DNA of 32,000 nucleotides from Cupriavidus necator. Its GTDB lineage: Bacteria; Pseudomonadota; Gammaproteobacteria; Burkholderiales; Burkholderiaceae. Position 1 is the stretch's first letter, and each line of letters begins with the position of its first letter. The position numbers and the translations under genes are program-made. The stretch spans positions 2,280,001-2,312,000 of the forward strand of contig NZ_CP066018.1 in assembly GCF_016127575.1 (NCBI RefSeq), in the 5' to 3' direction. This document shows, piece by piece, positions 9,005-19,694 of the stretch. The notes under the pieces were generated by a model, which saw only the letters and a list, made by a program, of their open reading frames with translations, was not told where the DNA came from and searched no databases.

Positions 9005-9026
9005 CCGTCTGGCGAATGACCAGGAC

Positions 9027-10214
<1,188 letters not shown>

Positions 10215-10234
10215 GGCGGACTCCAGGGGTCGGC

Positions 10235-10263
10235 TTTAAACGATGGACGGACGGGCGTAACAA
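10235..10263 (-). promoter_or_regulatory. candidate proximal sigma70 promoter of argD
   Basis: The minus strand reads TTGTTA (10263-10258), a 17-nt spacer, then TTTAAA (10240-10235). It lies 20 nt upstream of the argD ATG region, which has a GGAG SD. Confidence 0.4.
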
Positions 10264-10270
10264 CCGGGAC

Positions 10271-10303
10271 AAAAACAAAAAGCCACGGGGGTTGCCCGTG
10301 GCT
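10271..10303 (-). terminator. intrinsic terminator (minus strand) 57 nt upstream of argD
   Basis: 9-bp stem agccacggg (10281-10289) / cccgtggct (10295-10303) with a 5-nt loop. On the minus strand it is followed by TTTTTGTTTTT (plus 10271-10280). Confidence 0.8.
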
Positions 10304-10401
10304 CGTTGACATGAACAGACGCAGTCGACGGTCAGCCGCGCGGCACCCCAGCGGGGAGCGACGTACGGAAGCTGCGGCGTCGGTTGAAGGTCATGTGCAT
10401 G
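10271..10401 (-). ncRNA. candidate ~130-nt short transcript (sRNA or argD leader/attenuator)
   Basis: It is delimited by a near-consensus promoter (10408-10436) and the strong terminator at 10271-10303. No convincing ORF or SD lies inside. Confidence 0.3.
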
Positions 10402-10407
10402 CGGGCA

Positions 10408-10436
10408 AATATAAGGCGCATGCGCCCGGGTGTCAA
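10408..10436 (-). promoter_or_regulatory. near-consensus sigma70 promoter (minus strand)
   Basis: The minus strand reads TTGACA (10436-10431), a 17-nt spacer, then TATATT (10413-10408). The spacer contains the perfect 12-nt palindrome GGCGCATGCGCC (10415-10426). Confidence 0.55.
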
Positions 10437-10493
10437 AACGAATTTTGGCTGGCCCGGGCATTGTTGCGCTGAGGGAACGGCTCTCGGGCGGCC

Positions 10494-11552
10494 TCAGGCC
10501 GCGGGAGTGGCCGGGTGCATGTCGGCCTCGGAGGTGAACGAGTCGGCGAAGAACGCGTCCTCGTGCAGCTTGCACTGGCGGGTGAAGTCGCCGCGCGCGG
10601 CATTGATCATCACCGGGGCGCCGCAGGCATAGACCTCGTGGCCGGACAGGTCGGGATGGTCGGCGATCACGGCCTGGTGGACAAAGCCGGTGCGGCCCTG
10701 CCAGTTGTCTTCAGGCAGCGCGTCGGAGATCACCGGCACGTAGCGGAAGTTGGGCAGCTCGCGCGCCCACTGCTCGCACAGCGCGTGCATGTACAGGTCC
10801 TTGGGCCGGCGGCCGCCCCAGTACAGGGTCATCGGGCGCTGGATGCCGGTGTAGGCGGCGTGCTCGACGATGGCCTTGATCGGCGCAAAGCCGGTGCCGG
10901 AAGCCAGCAGGATAATCGGGGCCTCGGACTCCTCGCGCAGGAAGAAGCTGCCCAGCGGGCCCTCGAAGCGCAGGATGTCGCGCTCCTTCATGGCCGGCTG
11001 GCCTTCCCTGGCGCCGAAAACATAGTCGGTGAAGGCGCCGCCGGGCATATGGCGGATATGCAGTTCGATCGGGCCGTCTTCATGCGGCGGCGTGGCGATC
11101 GAATAGCTGCGGCGCTTGCCGTCGCGCAGCAGGAATTCCACGTACTGGCCGGCCAGGTACTGCATGCGCTCGGTCGCCGGCAGCTGCAGCTTGATGGCGA
11201 TCACGTCGTCGGCCAGGCGCTCGATCGCGGTCACGCGGCACGGCACCTTCTTGATCGGGATGTCGCCCGCGCCGTGGACCTCGCGGCACTCGATGGTGAC
11301 GTCCGAGGCGGCGTTGGCGCAGCAGAACAGGGCGCGGCCCTCGGTTTTCTCCTGCGCGGTCAGTGCCGCCGGGGCGTGGTCGCCCTGCACGATGGTGCCT
11401 TCGAGCACGCGGCCCTTGCACGAGCCGCAGGCGCCGTTCTTGCAGCCGTAGGGCAGCCCGATGCTGTGGCGCAGGGCCGCGCCGAGGATGGTTTCGTCCG
11501 CTGCCACTTCAAACTTGTGGCCGCTGGGCATGACGGTTACTTGATAAGCCAT
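10494..11552 (-). CDS. 2Fe-2S ferredoxin / FAD / NAD(P)H oxidoreductase (FNR-like; often annotated CDP-6-deoxy-delta-3,4-glucoseen reductase-like)
   Basis: ORF trimmed to the ATG at 11552 (MAYQVTVMPSGHKFEV...). It has a plant-type ferredoxin Cys pattern (CKNGACGSCKG...FCC), the FAD motif RRSYSIA and the NAD motif LLASGTGFAPI. Confidence 0.85.
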   Translation of the reverse strand: MAYQVTVMPSGHKFEVAADETILGAALRHSIGLPYGCKNGACGSCKGRVLEGTIVQGDHAPAALTAQEKTEGRALFCCANAASDVTIECREVHGAGDIPIKKVPCRVTAIERLADDVIAIKLQLPATERMQYLAGQYVEFLLRDGKRRSYSIATPPHEDGPIELHIRHMPGGAFTDYVFGAREGQPAMKERDILRFEGPLGSFFLREESEAPIILLASGTGFAPIKAIVEHAAYTGIQRPMTLYWGGRRPKDLYMHALCEQWARELPNFRYVPVISDALPEDNWQGRTGFVHQAVIADHPDLSGHEVYACGAPVMINAARGDFTRQCKLHEDAFFADSFTSEADMHPATPAA

Positions 11553-11561
11553 AATCGGTCT

Positions 11562-12569
11562 ATGAGCCAAATTCTGTCGAAGCTGCAGCCCTCGCGCCTC
11601 CCACAAGTCCCGCGGCTGCCGGCGCCTTCGCGCCGGCTGGGCCGCCCGCGCCTGTTGATCGTCGGCTGCGGGGATGTGGGGACGCGCTGCCTGCGAATCC
11701 TGTCGTCGCGCATGCGTGTCTTTGCCGTGACCTCACAGCCGGCGCGCCGGGCTGAACTGCGCGCCGCCGGCGCGGTGCCGCTGGTGGCGGACCTGGACCG
11801 GCCGGCCACGCTGGCACGGCTGCATGGGCTGGCCACGCAGGTGCTGGACCTGGCGCCGCCGCCCGGGCAGGGCGAAGGCGATCCGCGCACGCGTGCCTTG
11901 CTCGCCGCCTTGCGCCGGGCGGCCTGGCGCAAGGCCAGGACGTCGGCCGGCATGCTTCCCGGCGAGCCCGCCATTCTACCCGACCGGGGCAGGCCCCGCG
12001 CTGCGTTTGTCTACGCCAGCACGTCGGGCGTGTACGGCGACCGGCAGGGCGCCCGGGTCTCGGAATTCCACGCCGTGCGGCCCCAGACCGCCCGCGCGCG
12101 CCGCCGCGTGGCCGCCGAGCAGGCAGTGCGCGGCTTCGGCCGCGATGCCGGCTGGCGTGCCAGCATCGTGCGCATCCCCGGCATTTATGCCGAAGACCGC
12201 CTGCCGCTGGCGCGCCTGCACCGCGGCACGCCCGCGCTGGTGCCGCAGGACGATGTCTACACCAGCCATATCCATGCCGACGACCTGGCGCGCACTATGG
12301 TCGCGGCGCTGTTCCGCGGCCGCGCGCAGCGCGTGGTCCATGCCAGCGACGACACCGAGCTGCGCATGGCCGATTACTTCGACCTGGTCGCGGACCGCCG
12401 CGGCCTGCCGCGCCCGCCGCGCATCACGCGCGGGCAGGCGCATGAAGTGATCGACAAGACGCTGCTGAGTTTCATGAGCGAATCGCGCCGCCTCGACAAC
12501 CGCCGCTTGAAACGCGAGCTGCGCCTGCGCCTGCGTTACCCGACTGTCACCTCCTTCTTCGACACCTGA
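11562..12569 (+). CDS. NAD(P)-dependent oxidoreductase, SDR/nucleoside-diphosphate-sugar epimerase-like
   Basis: This is the real part of the long composite ORF 10515-12569, starting at the ATG at 11562 (MSQILSKLQ...). It has the Rossmann motif LLIVGCGDVG, and later YASTSGVYG and IVRIPGIY, typical of extended SDRs. The start is uncertain because there is no SD and the N-terminus is Arg/Pro-rich. Confidence 0.7.
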   Translation: MSQILSKLQPSRLPQVPRLPAPSRRLGRPRLLIVGCGDVGTRCLRILSSRMRVFAVTSQPARRAELRAAGAVPLVADLDRPATLARLHGLATQVLDLAPPPGQGEGDPRTRALLAALRRAAWRKARTSAGMLPGEPAILPDRGRPRAAFVYASTSGVYGDRQGARVSEFHAVRPQTARARRRVAAEQAVRGFGRDAGWRASIVRIPGIYAEDRLPLARLHRGTPALVPQDDVYTSHIHADDLARTMVAALFRGRAQRVVHASDDTELRMADYFDLVADRRGLPRPPRITRGQAHEVIDKTLLSFMSESRRLDNRRLKRELRLRLRYPTVTSFFDT

Positions 12570-12597
12570 CCGCCTTGCCGGCGCGTCCCAGTGCGGC

Positions 12598-12613
12598 TGG
12601 CACGGGGTTTGCT
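12598..12613 (+). promoter_or_regulatory. sigma54 (RpoN) -24/-12 promoter facing the hut cluster
   Basis: TGGCACGgggtTTGCT matches every conserved position of the TGGCACG-N4-TTGCW consensus. It lies 29 nt after the stop of the upstream gene. Confidence 0.7.
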
Positions 12614-12635
12614 GTGCCTTTGCGTCGTTTTTGTC

Positions 12636-12647
12636 CTGTCTATACAG
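12636..12647. promoter_or_regulatory. HutC-type operator palindrome (site 1)
   Basis: CTGTCTATACAG. With its flanks (12634-12648) it is the exact reverse complement of the 15-nt site at 16342-16356. It sits ~+13 to +24 relative to the predicted sigma54 start. Confidence 0.6.
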
Positions 12648-12786
12648 CAGCACTTCCATCGCCCCGGCCTGGTGCCGACACTGCAATCCGTGAACCGGGG
12701 TGGTGCGAGGCCTGTTGAGGACTCCCCGCTCTGGAAAGCGCCTTTCAAGGTGTTTATCCGCCTGGATGCTTGGTGGAAGCCCTACG

Positions 12787-12815
12787 TTGACTTGTATATA
12801 CAGGTACTGTTTAAT
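12787..12815 (+). promoter_or_regulatory. sigma70 promoter with embedded HutC-type operator (site 2)
   Basis: TTGACT (12787-12792), a 17-nt spacer, then TTTAAT (12810-12815). The spacer begins with the perfect 10-nt palindrome TGTATATACA (12793-12802). Confidence 0.6.
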
Positions 12816-12880
12816 GTCCGAAAACGAGCGCGGCCACACGCATGGCCTGCCGTCGACGGACACACCAAAGGAGCGTACAG

Positions 12881-13849
12881 ATGAGGAATCACAGCAGGAT
12901 TCGCGGTCGGATGGCAGTGCAGGCCGCGGTGCTGGTTGCGGCATTGGGGGCCGGTGCGGCCCAGGCGCAGAATACCCAGGTCACGCTGGGCATGAGCGGC
13001 TGGACCGGTTTCGCGCCGCTGACGCTGGCCGACAAGGCCGGCATCTTCAAGAAGCATGGCGTGGACGTCGACATCAAGATGATCCCGCAGAAGGACCGCC
13101 ACCTGGCGCTGGCCTCGGGCGCGATCCAGTGCGCGGCCACCACGGTGGAAACGCATGTGGCCTGGAACGCCAACGGCGTGCCCATCACCCAGATCGTGCA
13201 GCTCGACAAGTCCTACGGCGCCGACGGCCTGGCCGTGCGCAGCGACGTCAAGAGCTTTGCCGACCTGAAGGGCAAGACCATCGGCGTCGATGCGCCGGGC
13301 ACCGCGCCGTATTTCGGCCTGGCCTGGATGCTGAAGAAGAACGGCATGACGCTCAAGGACATCAAGACCACCACGCTGTCGCCGCAGGCGGCCGCGCAGG
13401 CCTTCGTGGCCGGCCAGAACGACGGCGCCATGACCTATGAGCCGTATCTGTCGACGGTGCGCCAGAACCCGGACAAGGGCAAGATCCTGGCGACCACGCT
13501 CGACTACCCGATGGTGACCGATACGCTGGGCTGCGCGCCGAAGTGGCTTAAAGAGAATCCCAAGGCCGCGCAGGCGCTGGTCGACAGCTACTTCGAGGCC
13601 CTGGAGATGATCCGGAAGGAGCCGGCCAAGGCCAACGACATCATGGGCGCTGCGGTCAAGCAGACCGGCGAGCAGTTCGCCAAGTCCTCCGCCTACCTGC
13701 GCTGGCAGGACCGCGAGGCCAACCGCAAGTTCTTTGCCGGCGAGCTTGCCAGCTTCAGCAAGGAAGCTGCGGCGGTGCTGCTGGAAATCGGCGTGATCCG
13801 CCAGGTGCCGGACGTGACGGCGCTGTATGACGCGCGTTTCCTCAAGTAA
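12881..13849 (+). CDS. ABC transporter substrate-binding protein, NitT/TauT (NMT1/SsuA/TauA-like) family, hut-linked
   Basis: ATG at 12881 after an AAGGAG SD. Signal peptide ...AALGAGAAQA/QN. The mature protein (GMSGWTGFAPLTLADKAGIFKKHG...) is typical of the sulfonate/nitrate-type SBP fold. Confidence 0.8.
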   Translation: MRNHSRIRGRMAVQAAVLVAALGAGAAQAQNTQVTLGMSGWTGFAPLTLADKAGIFKKHGVDVDIKMIPQKDRHLALASGAIQCAATTVETHVAWNANGVPITQIVQLDKSYGADGLAVRSDVKSFADLKGKTIGVDAPGTAPYFGLAWMLKKNGMTLKDIKTTTLSPQAAAQAFVAGQNDGAMTYEPYLSTVRQNPDKGKILATTLDYPMVTDTLGCAPKWLKENPKAAQALVDSYFEALEMIRKEPAKANDIMGAAVKQTGEQFAKSSAYLRWQDREANRKFFAGELASFSKEAAAVLLEIGVIRQVPDVTALYDARFLK

Positions 13850-13876
13850 CCGACAGTCTTCAGGAGGCGTGACGTC

Positions 13877-14746
13877 ATGACGCAAGCCAGACTTGGAACA
13901 CCCGCCCCGGCCGCTGCCGCGGCGGTCCCTGCCGCAGCGGCGGCGCCGGTGCGCCGGCGCCACCCGTGGCTGGCCCCGCTGGTGCCGGTGGCGCCCAACA
14001 CGCGCTGGATGCTGGGCCTGTCCTTCTTCGTGCTGTTCTTCGGCATCTGGGCCGTGGTAACGCTGGGCGGCTTCGTGCCGCGCACGTTCCTGGCCGATCC
14101 GATGACGATGGCCAAAGAGGGCTTCATCCTGTTCACCGAGCACAACTTCATCGGCGACATCGGCATGACCGTGTGGCGCGTGGTCGGCGGCTTCGTGCTG
14201 GCGGCGGTGCTGGCGGTGCCGCTGGGCATCTTCATGGGCGCGTACAAGGCGGCCGAGGCGTTCTTCGAGCCCTTCGTGTCGTTCTGCCGCTACCTGCCCG
14301 CGTCGGCCTTTATCCCGCTGCTGATCCTGTGGGCCGGCATCGGCGAGACCCAGAAGCTGCTGGTGATCTTCATCGGCTCGTTCTTTCAGATCGTGCTGAT
14401 GGTGGCGGTGGCCGTCGGCGGCGCGCGCAAGGACCTGGTGGAGGCGGCCTACACGCTGGGCGCCAACAGCGCCGGCATCGTGCGGCGCGTGCTGATCCCC
14501 GGCGCCGCGCCCGAGATTGCCGAGATCCTGCGGCTGGTGCTGGGCTGGGCCTGGACCTACGTGATCGTGGCCGAGCTGATCGGCTCGTCGTCGGGCATCG
14601 GGCACATGATCACCGACAGCCAGGCGCTGCTCAATACCGGGCAGATCATCTTCGGCATCATCGTGATCGGCTGCATCGGCCTGGTCTCGGACCTTGTCTT
14701 CAAGCGCGCCAACCAGCGCCTGTTCCCGTGGAGTTCGATCCAATGA
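13877..14746 (+). CDS. ABC transporter permease, NitT/TauT family
   Basis: AGGAGG SD. Polytopic protein with a binding-protein-dependent permease EAA-type loop (DLVEAAYTLGANSAGIVRRVLIPGAAP). Confidence 0.85.
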   Translation: MTQARLGTPAPAAAAAVPAAAAAPVRRRHPWLAPLVPVAPNTRWMLGLSFFVLFFGIWAVVTLGGFVPRTFLADPMTMAKEGFILFTEHNFIGDIGMTVWRVVGGFVLAAVLAVPLGIFMGAYKAAEAFFEPFVSFCRYLPASAFIPLLILWAGIGETQKLLVIFIGSFFQIVLMVAVAVGGARKDLVEAAYTLGANSAGIVRRVLIPGAAPEIAEILRLVLGWAWTYVIVAELIGSSSGIGHMITDSQALLNTGQIIFGIIVIGCIGLVSDLVFKRANQRLFPWSSIQ

Positions 14747-15522
14747 GCGCACTGTCCATCCAGCAGGTCTCGCGCACCTTCTCCAACCCGCGCGGCGGCC
14801 AGACCCTGGCGCTGCAGCCGGTCGACTTCGAGGTCCGCGACAATGACTTCGTCACCATCCTCGGGCCTTCGGGCTGCGGCAAGTCCACGCTGCTGCGCAT
14901 CGTCGCGGGGCTGGATACGCCCTCCAGCGGCCGCGTGCTGCTGGACGGCCAGCCGGTGTCCGCCCCCGGCGCGGACCGCGGCATGGTGTTCCAGTCGTAC
15001 ACGCTGTTCCCGTGGCTGACGATCGAGCAGAACGTGCGCTTCGGCTTGCGCGAGCGCGGCATGAGCGCCGCCGAGCAGAAGGAGCGCAGCGACTTCTTTA
15101 TCCAGCGTGTGGGACTGCGCGGCTTCGAGCACCATTTCCCCAAGCAGCTGTCGGGCGGCATGCAGCAGCGCACCGCGATTGCGCGCGCGCTGGCCAACGA
15201 TCCCAAGATCCTGCTGCTCGACGAACCCTTCGGCGCGCTCGACAACCAGACCCGCGTGCTGATGCAGGAGTTGCTGCTGGGAATATGGGAGGCGTCGCGC
15301 AAGACGGTATTATTCGTGACCCATGATATCGACGAGGCCATTTTCATGGCCAACCGGGTGGCGGTGTTTTCTGCCAGGCCGGGTCGGATCAAGAGCGAGA
15401 TCGCGGTGGATTTCCCGCATCCGCGCCATTACACCGTCAAGACCACTCCGGAGTTCTCCGCGCTCAAGGCGCGGCTGACCGAGGAGATCCGCGCCGAGGC
15501 CATGGCCTCGGCCGAGCACTAG
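14743..15522 (+). CDS. ABC transporter ATP-binding protein, NitT/TauT family
   Basis: The ATG at 14743 overlaps the permease stop (ATGA). Walker A GPSGCGKST, signature LSGGMQQRTAIARAL, Walker B ILLLDEPFGALD. Confidence 0.88.
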   Translation: MSALSIQQVSRTFSNPRGGQTLALQPVDFEVRDNDFVTILGPSGCGKSTLLRIVAGLDTPSSGRVLLDGQPVSAPGADRGMVFQSYTLFPWLTIEQNVRFGLRERGMSAAEQKERSDFFIQRVGLRGFEHHFPKQLSGGMQQRTAIARALANDPKILLLDEPFGALDNQTRVLMQELLLGIWEASRKTVLFVTHDIDEAIFMANRVAVFSARPGRIKSEIAVDFPHPRHYTVKTTPEFSALKARLTEEIRAEAMASAEH

Positions 15523-15538
15523 GCATCCAACCAACGCC

Positions 15539-16300
15539 ATGAACCACGCCGCCGGCACCGCCTCTTCCGCTTCTGCCTCTCCCACCGCGCTCTACCAGCA
15601 GGTGAAGGAGTACATTGCCCGCCAGATCCAGAGCGGCGCGTGGCAGCCGGGCGACCGGGTGCCGTCGGAGCAGGAGCTGGTGAACCGCTTCGGCGTCTCG
15701 CGCATGACCGTCAACCGGGCGCTGCGCGAGCTGCAGGAGCAGGGCCGGGTGGTGCGGGTGGCCGGCGTGGGCACCTTCGTGGCGGAGCACAAGCCGCAGT
15801 CGACGCTGCTGTCCGTGGTCAACCTGCAGGACGAGATCCGCATGCGCGGCCATGACTATGCCTGCGACGTGATCCTGGTGGAGCGTGTGTCGGCATCGAT
15901 CGAGGTGGCCGCCGCGCTGGAGCTGCGCACCGGCGAGTCGGTGTACCACTCGGTCTGCGTGCATCGCGAGGACGGCGTGCCGGTGCAGCTGGAGGACCGC
16001 TACGTCAATGCGCGCGTGGCCCCGGACTTCATCAGCCAGGACTTCAGCGAGACCCAGCCCGGCGAATACCTGCTGCGCCATGTGCCCTACGATCAGGTAG
16101 AGCACGTGGTCGATGCCATTGCCGCGACGCCGGAGCAGGCCGCGCAACTGGAAATGCCGCCCACGCAACCTTGCCTGATGCTGACGCGCCGCACCTGGAC
16201 CAACGGCGTGCCGGTGACCTTTGTGCGCTGCCTGCATCCGGGCAACCGCTACCGCCTCGGCAGCCGCTTCCGCGCCGACGGCAACCCTGCTTTCGGCTGA
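15539..16300 (+). CDS. hutC: histidine utilization repressor (GntR family, HutC/UTRA subfamily)
   Basis: The GntR w[31 protein letters not shown] is followed by a UTRA-type effector domain. It sits immediately upstream of hutH. Confidence 0.88.
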   Translation: MNHAAGTASSASASPTALYQQVKEYIARQIQSGAWQPGDRVPSEQELVNRFGVSRMTVNRALRELQEQGRVVRVAGVGTFVAEHKPQSTLLSVVNLQDEIRMRGHDYACDVILVERVSASIEVAAALELRTGESVYHSVCVHREDGVPVQLEDRYVNARVAPDFISQDFSETQPGEYLLRHVPYDQVEHVVDAIAATPEQAAQLEMPPTQPCLMLTRRTWTNGVPVTFVRCLHPGNRYRLGSRFRADGNPAFG

Positions 16301-16342
16301 ATCCACAGGATCCGGCCGCATGGTTCAACTTTTTACTCTAAG

Positions 16343-16354
16343 CTGTATAGACAG
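16343..16354. promoter_or_regulatory. HutC-type operator palindrome (site 3), hutC-hutH spacer
   Basis: CTGTATAGACAG, 10 nt upstream of the hutH ATG. It is the reverse complement of site 1. Confidence 0.6.
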
Positions 16355-16364
16355 GAACATACAA

Positions 16365-17942
16365 ATGAGCGCCAGCCAACACGACGACCAAGCTTCCCGC
16401 CCGCTGCTGACCCTGCAGCCGGGCCAAGTCACCCTGGCCGACCTGCGCCGCATCTACCGCGGCGAAGTGCGCCTGGCCATGGCCGAATCGGCCTGGGCCG
16501 GCGTGCGTGCCGCGCAGGCCACGGTGCAGGACATCATCGACGCCGATGCCGTGGTCTACGGCATCAATACCGGCTTCGGCAAGCTGGCGCAGACCCGCAT
16601 CCCCAATGACAAGCTGGCGCAGCTGCAGCGCAACCTAGTGCTGTCGCACAGCGTCGGCACCGGCCCGGACCTGGCCGAAGACACGGTGCGCCTGATCCTG
16701 GCGATCAAGGCCGTGAGTCTGGCGCGCGGCCATTCGGGTGTGCGCCCGGAACTGATCGAGGCGCTGCTGGCGCTGGCCAACCACGGCGTGACGCCGTGCA
16801 TCCCGGCCAAGGGGTCGGTCGGCGCCTCGGGCGACCTGGCGCCGCTGGCGCATATGTCGTGCACGCTGATCGGCGTGGGCGACGTGCTGGTCGACGGCAA
16901 GCGCGTGCCCGCCGCCGAGGGCCTGGCGCACGCCGGCCTGCAGGCCTTCGAGCTGGGCCCCAAGGAAGGCCTGGCGCTGCTCAACGGCACCCAGGTGTCG
17001 ACCGCGCTGGCGCTGGCCGGCCTGTTCGCCGCCGAAGACGCCTTTGCCGCCGGACTGGTGGCGGGCGCGCTGTCGCTGGAAGCGATCAAGGGCTCGGTCA
17101 AGCCGTTCGACGCCCGCATCCATGAGGCGCGCGGCCAGGCCGGCCAGATCGCCGTGGCCGGCGCCGTGCGCGCGATGCTGGACGGCAGCGAGATCGTCGA
17201 CTCGCACAAGACCTGCGGCCGCGTGCAGGACCCGTACTCGATCCGCTGCCAGCCGCAGGTGATGGGCGCGTGCCTGGACAACCTGCAGCACGCCGCGCGC
17301 ATCCTGCAGATCGAGTCCAACGCCGCCTCGGACAACCCGCTGGTGTTCTCCGCGCAGGGCGACGTGGTCTCGGGCGGCAACTTCCACGCCGAGCCGGTGG
17401 CATTTGCCGCCGACATCATCGCGCTGGCGATTGCCGAGATCGGCGCGATTTCCGAACGCCGCCTGGCGCTGCTGCTCGATACCGGGCTGTCGGGCCTGCC
17501 GCCGTTCCTGGTGCGCGACGGCGGCCTGAACTCGGGCTTCATGATTGCGCAGGTAACCGCGGCCGCGCTGGCCTCCGAGAACAAGGCGCTGGCGCATCCG
17601 TCCAGCGTCGACAGCCTGCCGACCTCGGCCAACCAGGAAGACCATGTGTCGATGGCCACCTACGGTGCGCGCCGCCTGGGCGAGATGGCCGCCAACACCG
17701 CAGTCGTGGTCGGCATCGAGGCCATGGCCGCGGCGCAGGGCATCGAGTTCCACCGCCCGCTGAAGTCGTCGCCGCTGGTGGAGCAGGAACTGGCCCGCAT
17801 CCGTGCGCGCGTGGCCTTTGTCGAAGAGGACCGCTACCTGGCACCGGATATCGAAGCGATGAAGCAATGGGTGGTGCAGGGCGATGCCGGCGCCGGCTGG
17901 CCCGATGCCGTGCGCGCGATCCTGCCGACCAACCTGTCGTAA
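16365..17942 (+). CDS. hutH: histidine ammonia-lyase
   Basis: ORF trimmed to the ATG at 16365. It has YGINTGFG and the MIO-forming motif [15 protein letters not shown]-terminal alignment to Pseudomonas HutH (LTLKPG vs LTLQPG) supports this start. Confidence 0.93.
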   Translation: MSASQHDDQASRPLLTLQPGQVTLADLRRIYRGEVRLAMAESAWAGVRAAQATVQDIIDADAVVYGINTGFGKLAQTRIPNDKLAQLQRNLVLSHSVGTGPDLAEDTVRLILAIKAVSLARGHSGVRPELIEALLALANHGVTPCIPAKGSVGASGDLAPLAHMSCTLIGVGDVLVDGKRVPAAEGLAHAGLQAFELGPKEGLALLNGTQVSTALALAGLFAAEDAFAAGLVAGALSLEAIKGSVKPFDARIHEARGQAGQIAVAGAVRAMLDGSEIVDSHKTCGRVQDPYSIRCQPQVMGACLDNLQHAARILQIESNAASDNPLVFSAQGDVVSGGNFHAEPVAFAADIIALAIAEIGAISERRLALLLDTGLSGLPPFLVRDGGLNSGFMIAQVTAAALASENKALAHPSSVDSLPTSANQEDHVSMATYGARRLGEMAANTAVVVGIEAMAAAQGIEFHRPLKSSPLVEQELARIRARVAFVEEDRYLAPDIEAMKQWVVQGDAGAGWPDAVRAILPTNLS

Positions 17943-17993
17943 CGCGCCCCGCGCCGACACTGCCAGACCAGACCCGCAGCAGGAGAACAAGAC

Positions 17994-19690
<1,697 letters not shown>

Positions 19691-19694
<4 letters not shown>

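Noticed and set aside
10332-10400. A 22-codon ORF, MHMTFNRRRSFRTSLPAGVPRG, with three consecutive Arg codons. It lies between the orphan promoter and the terminator upstream of argD, and it is tempting to read it as an arginine attenuation leader peptide.
   Set aside because: It has no SD, and the ATG would sit at or next to the transcription start. Arg-rich peptides arise in almost any frame of 67% GC DNA. Arginine biosynthesis is not known to use leader-peptide attenuation. It is kept only as a remote possibility under the promoter-terminator finding.
12782-14752. A 656-aa minus-strand ORF. Similar long shadow ORFs occur at 3745-4983 (-), 6073-7380 (-), 8880-10472 (+), 10515-11561 (+ part of 10515-12569), 24929-26167 (+), 27740-28444 (+) and 29700-30893 (+).
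   Set aside because: Each lies antisense to, or out of frame with, a gene that has strong family motifs (ABC components, livK, livM, argD, FNR reductase, GntP, AsdA, AspT). Each shows the same Arg/Ala/Gly/His-rich low-complexity composition. They are treated as non-coding artefacts.
16320-16364. An alternative upstream hutH start (Met at 16320, [15 protein letters not shown]...).
   Set aside because: The extension would be translated through the HutC-type operator and the AT-rich spacer, with atypical codons. The Pseudomonas HutH N-terminus aligns with the start at 16365.
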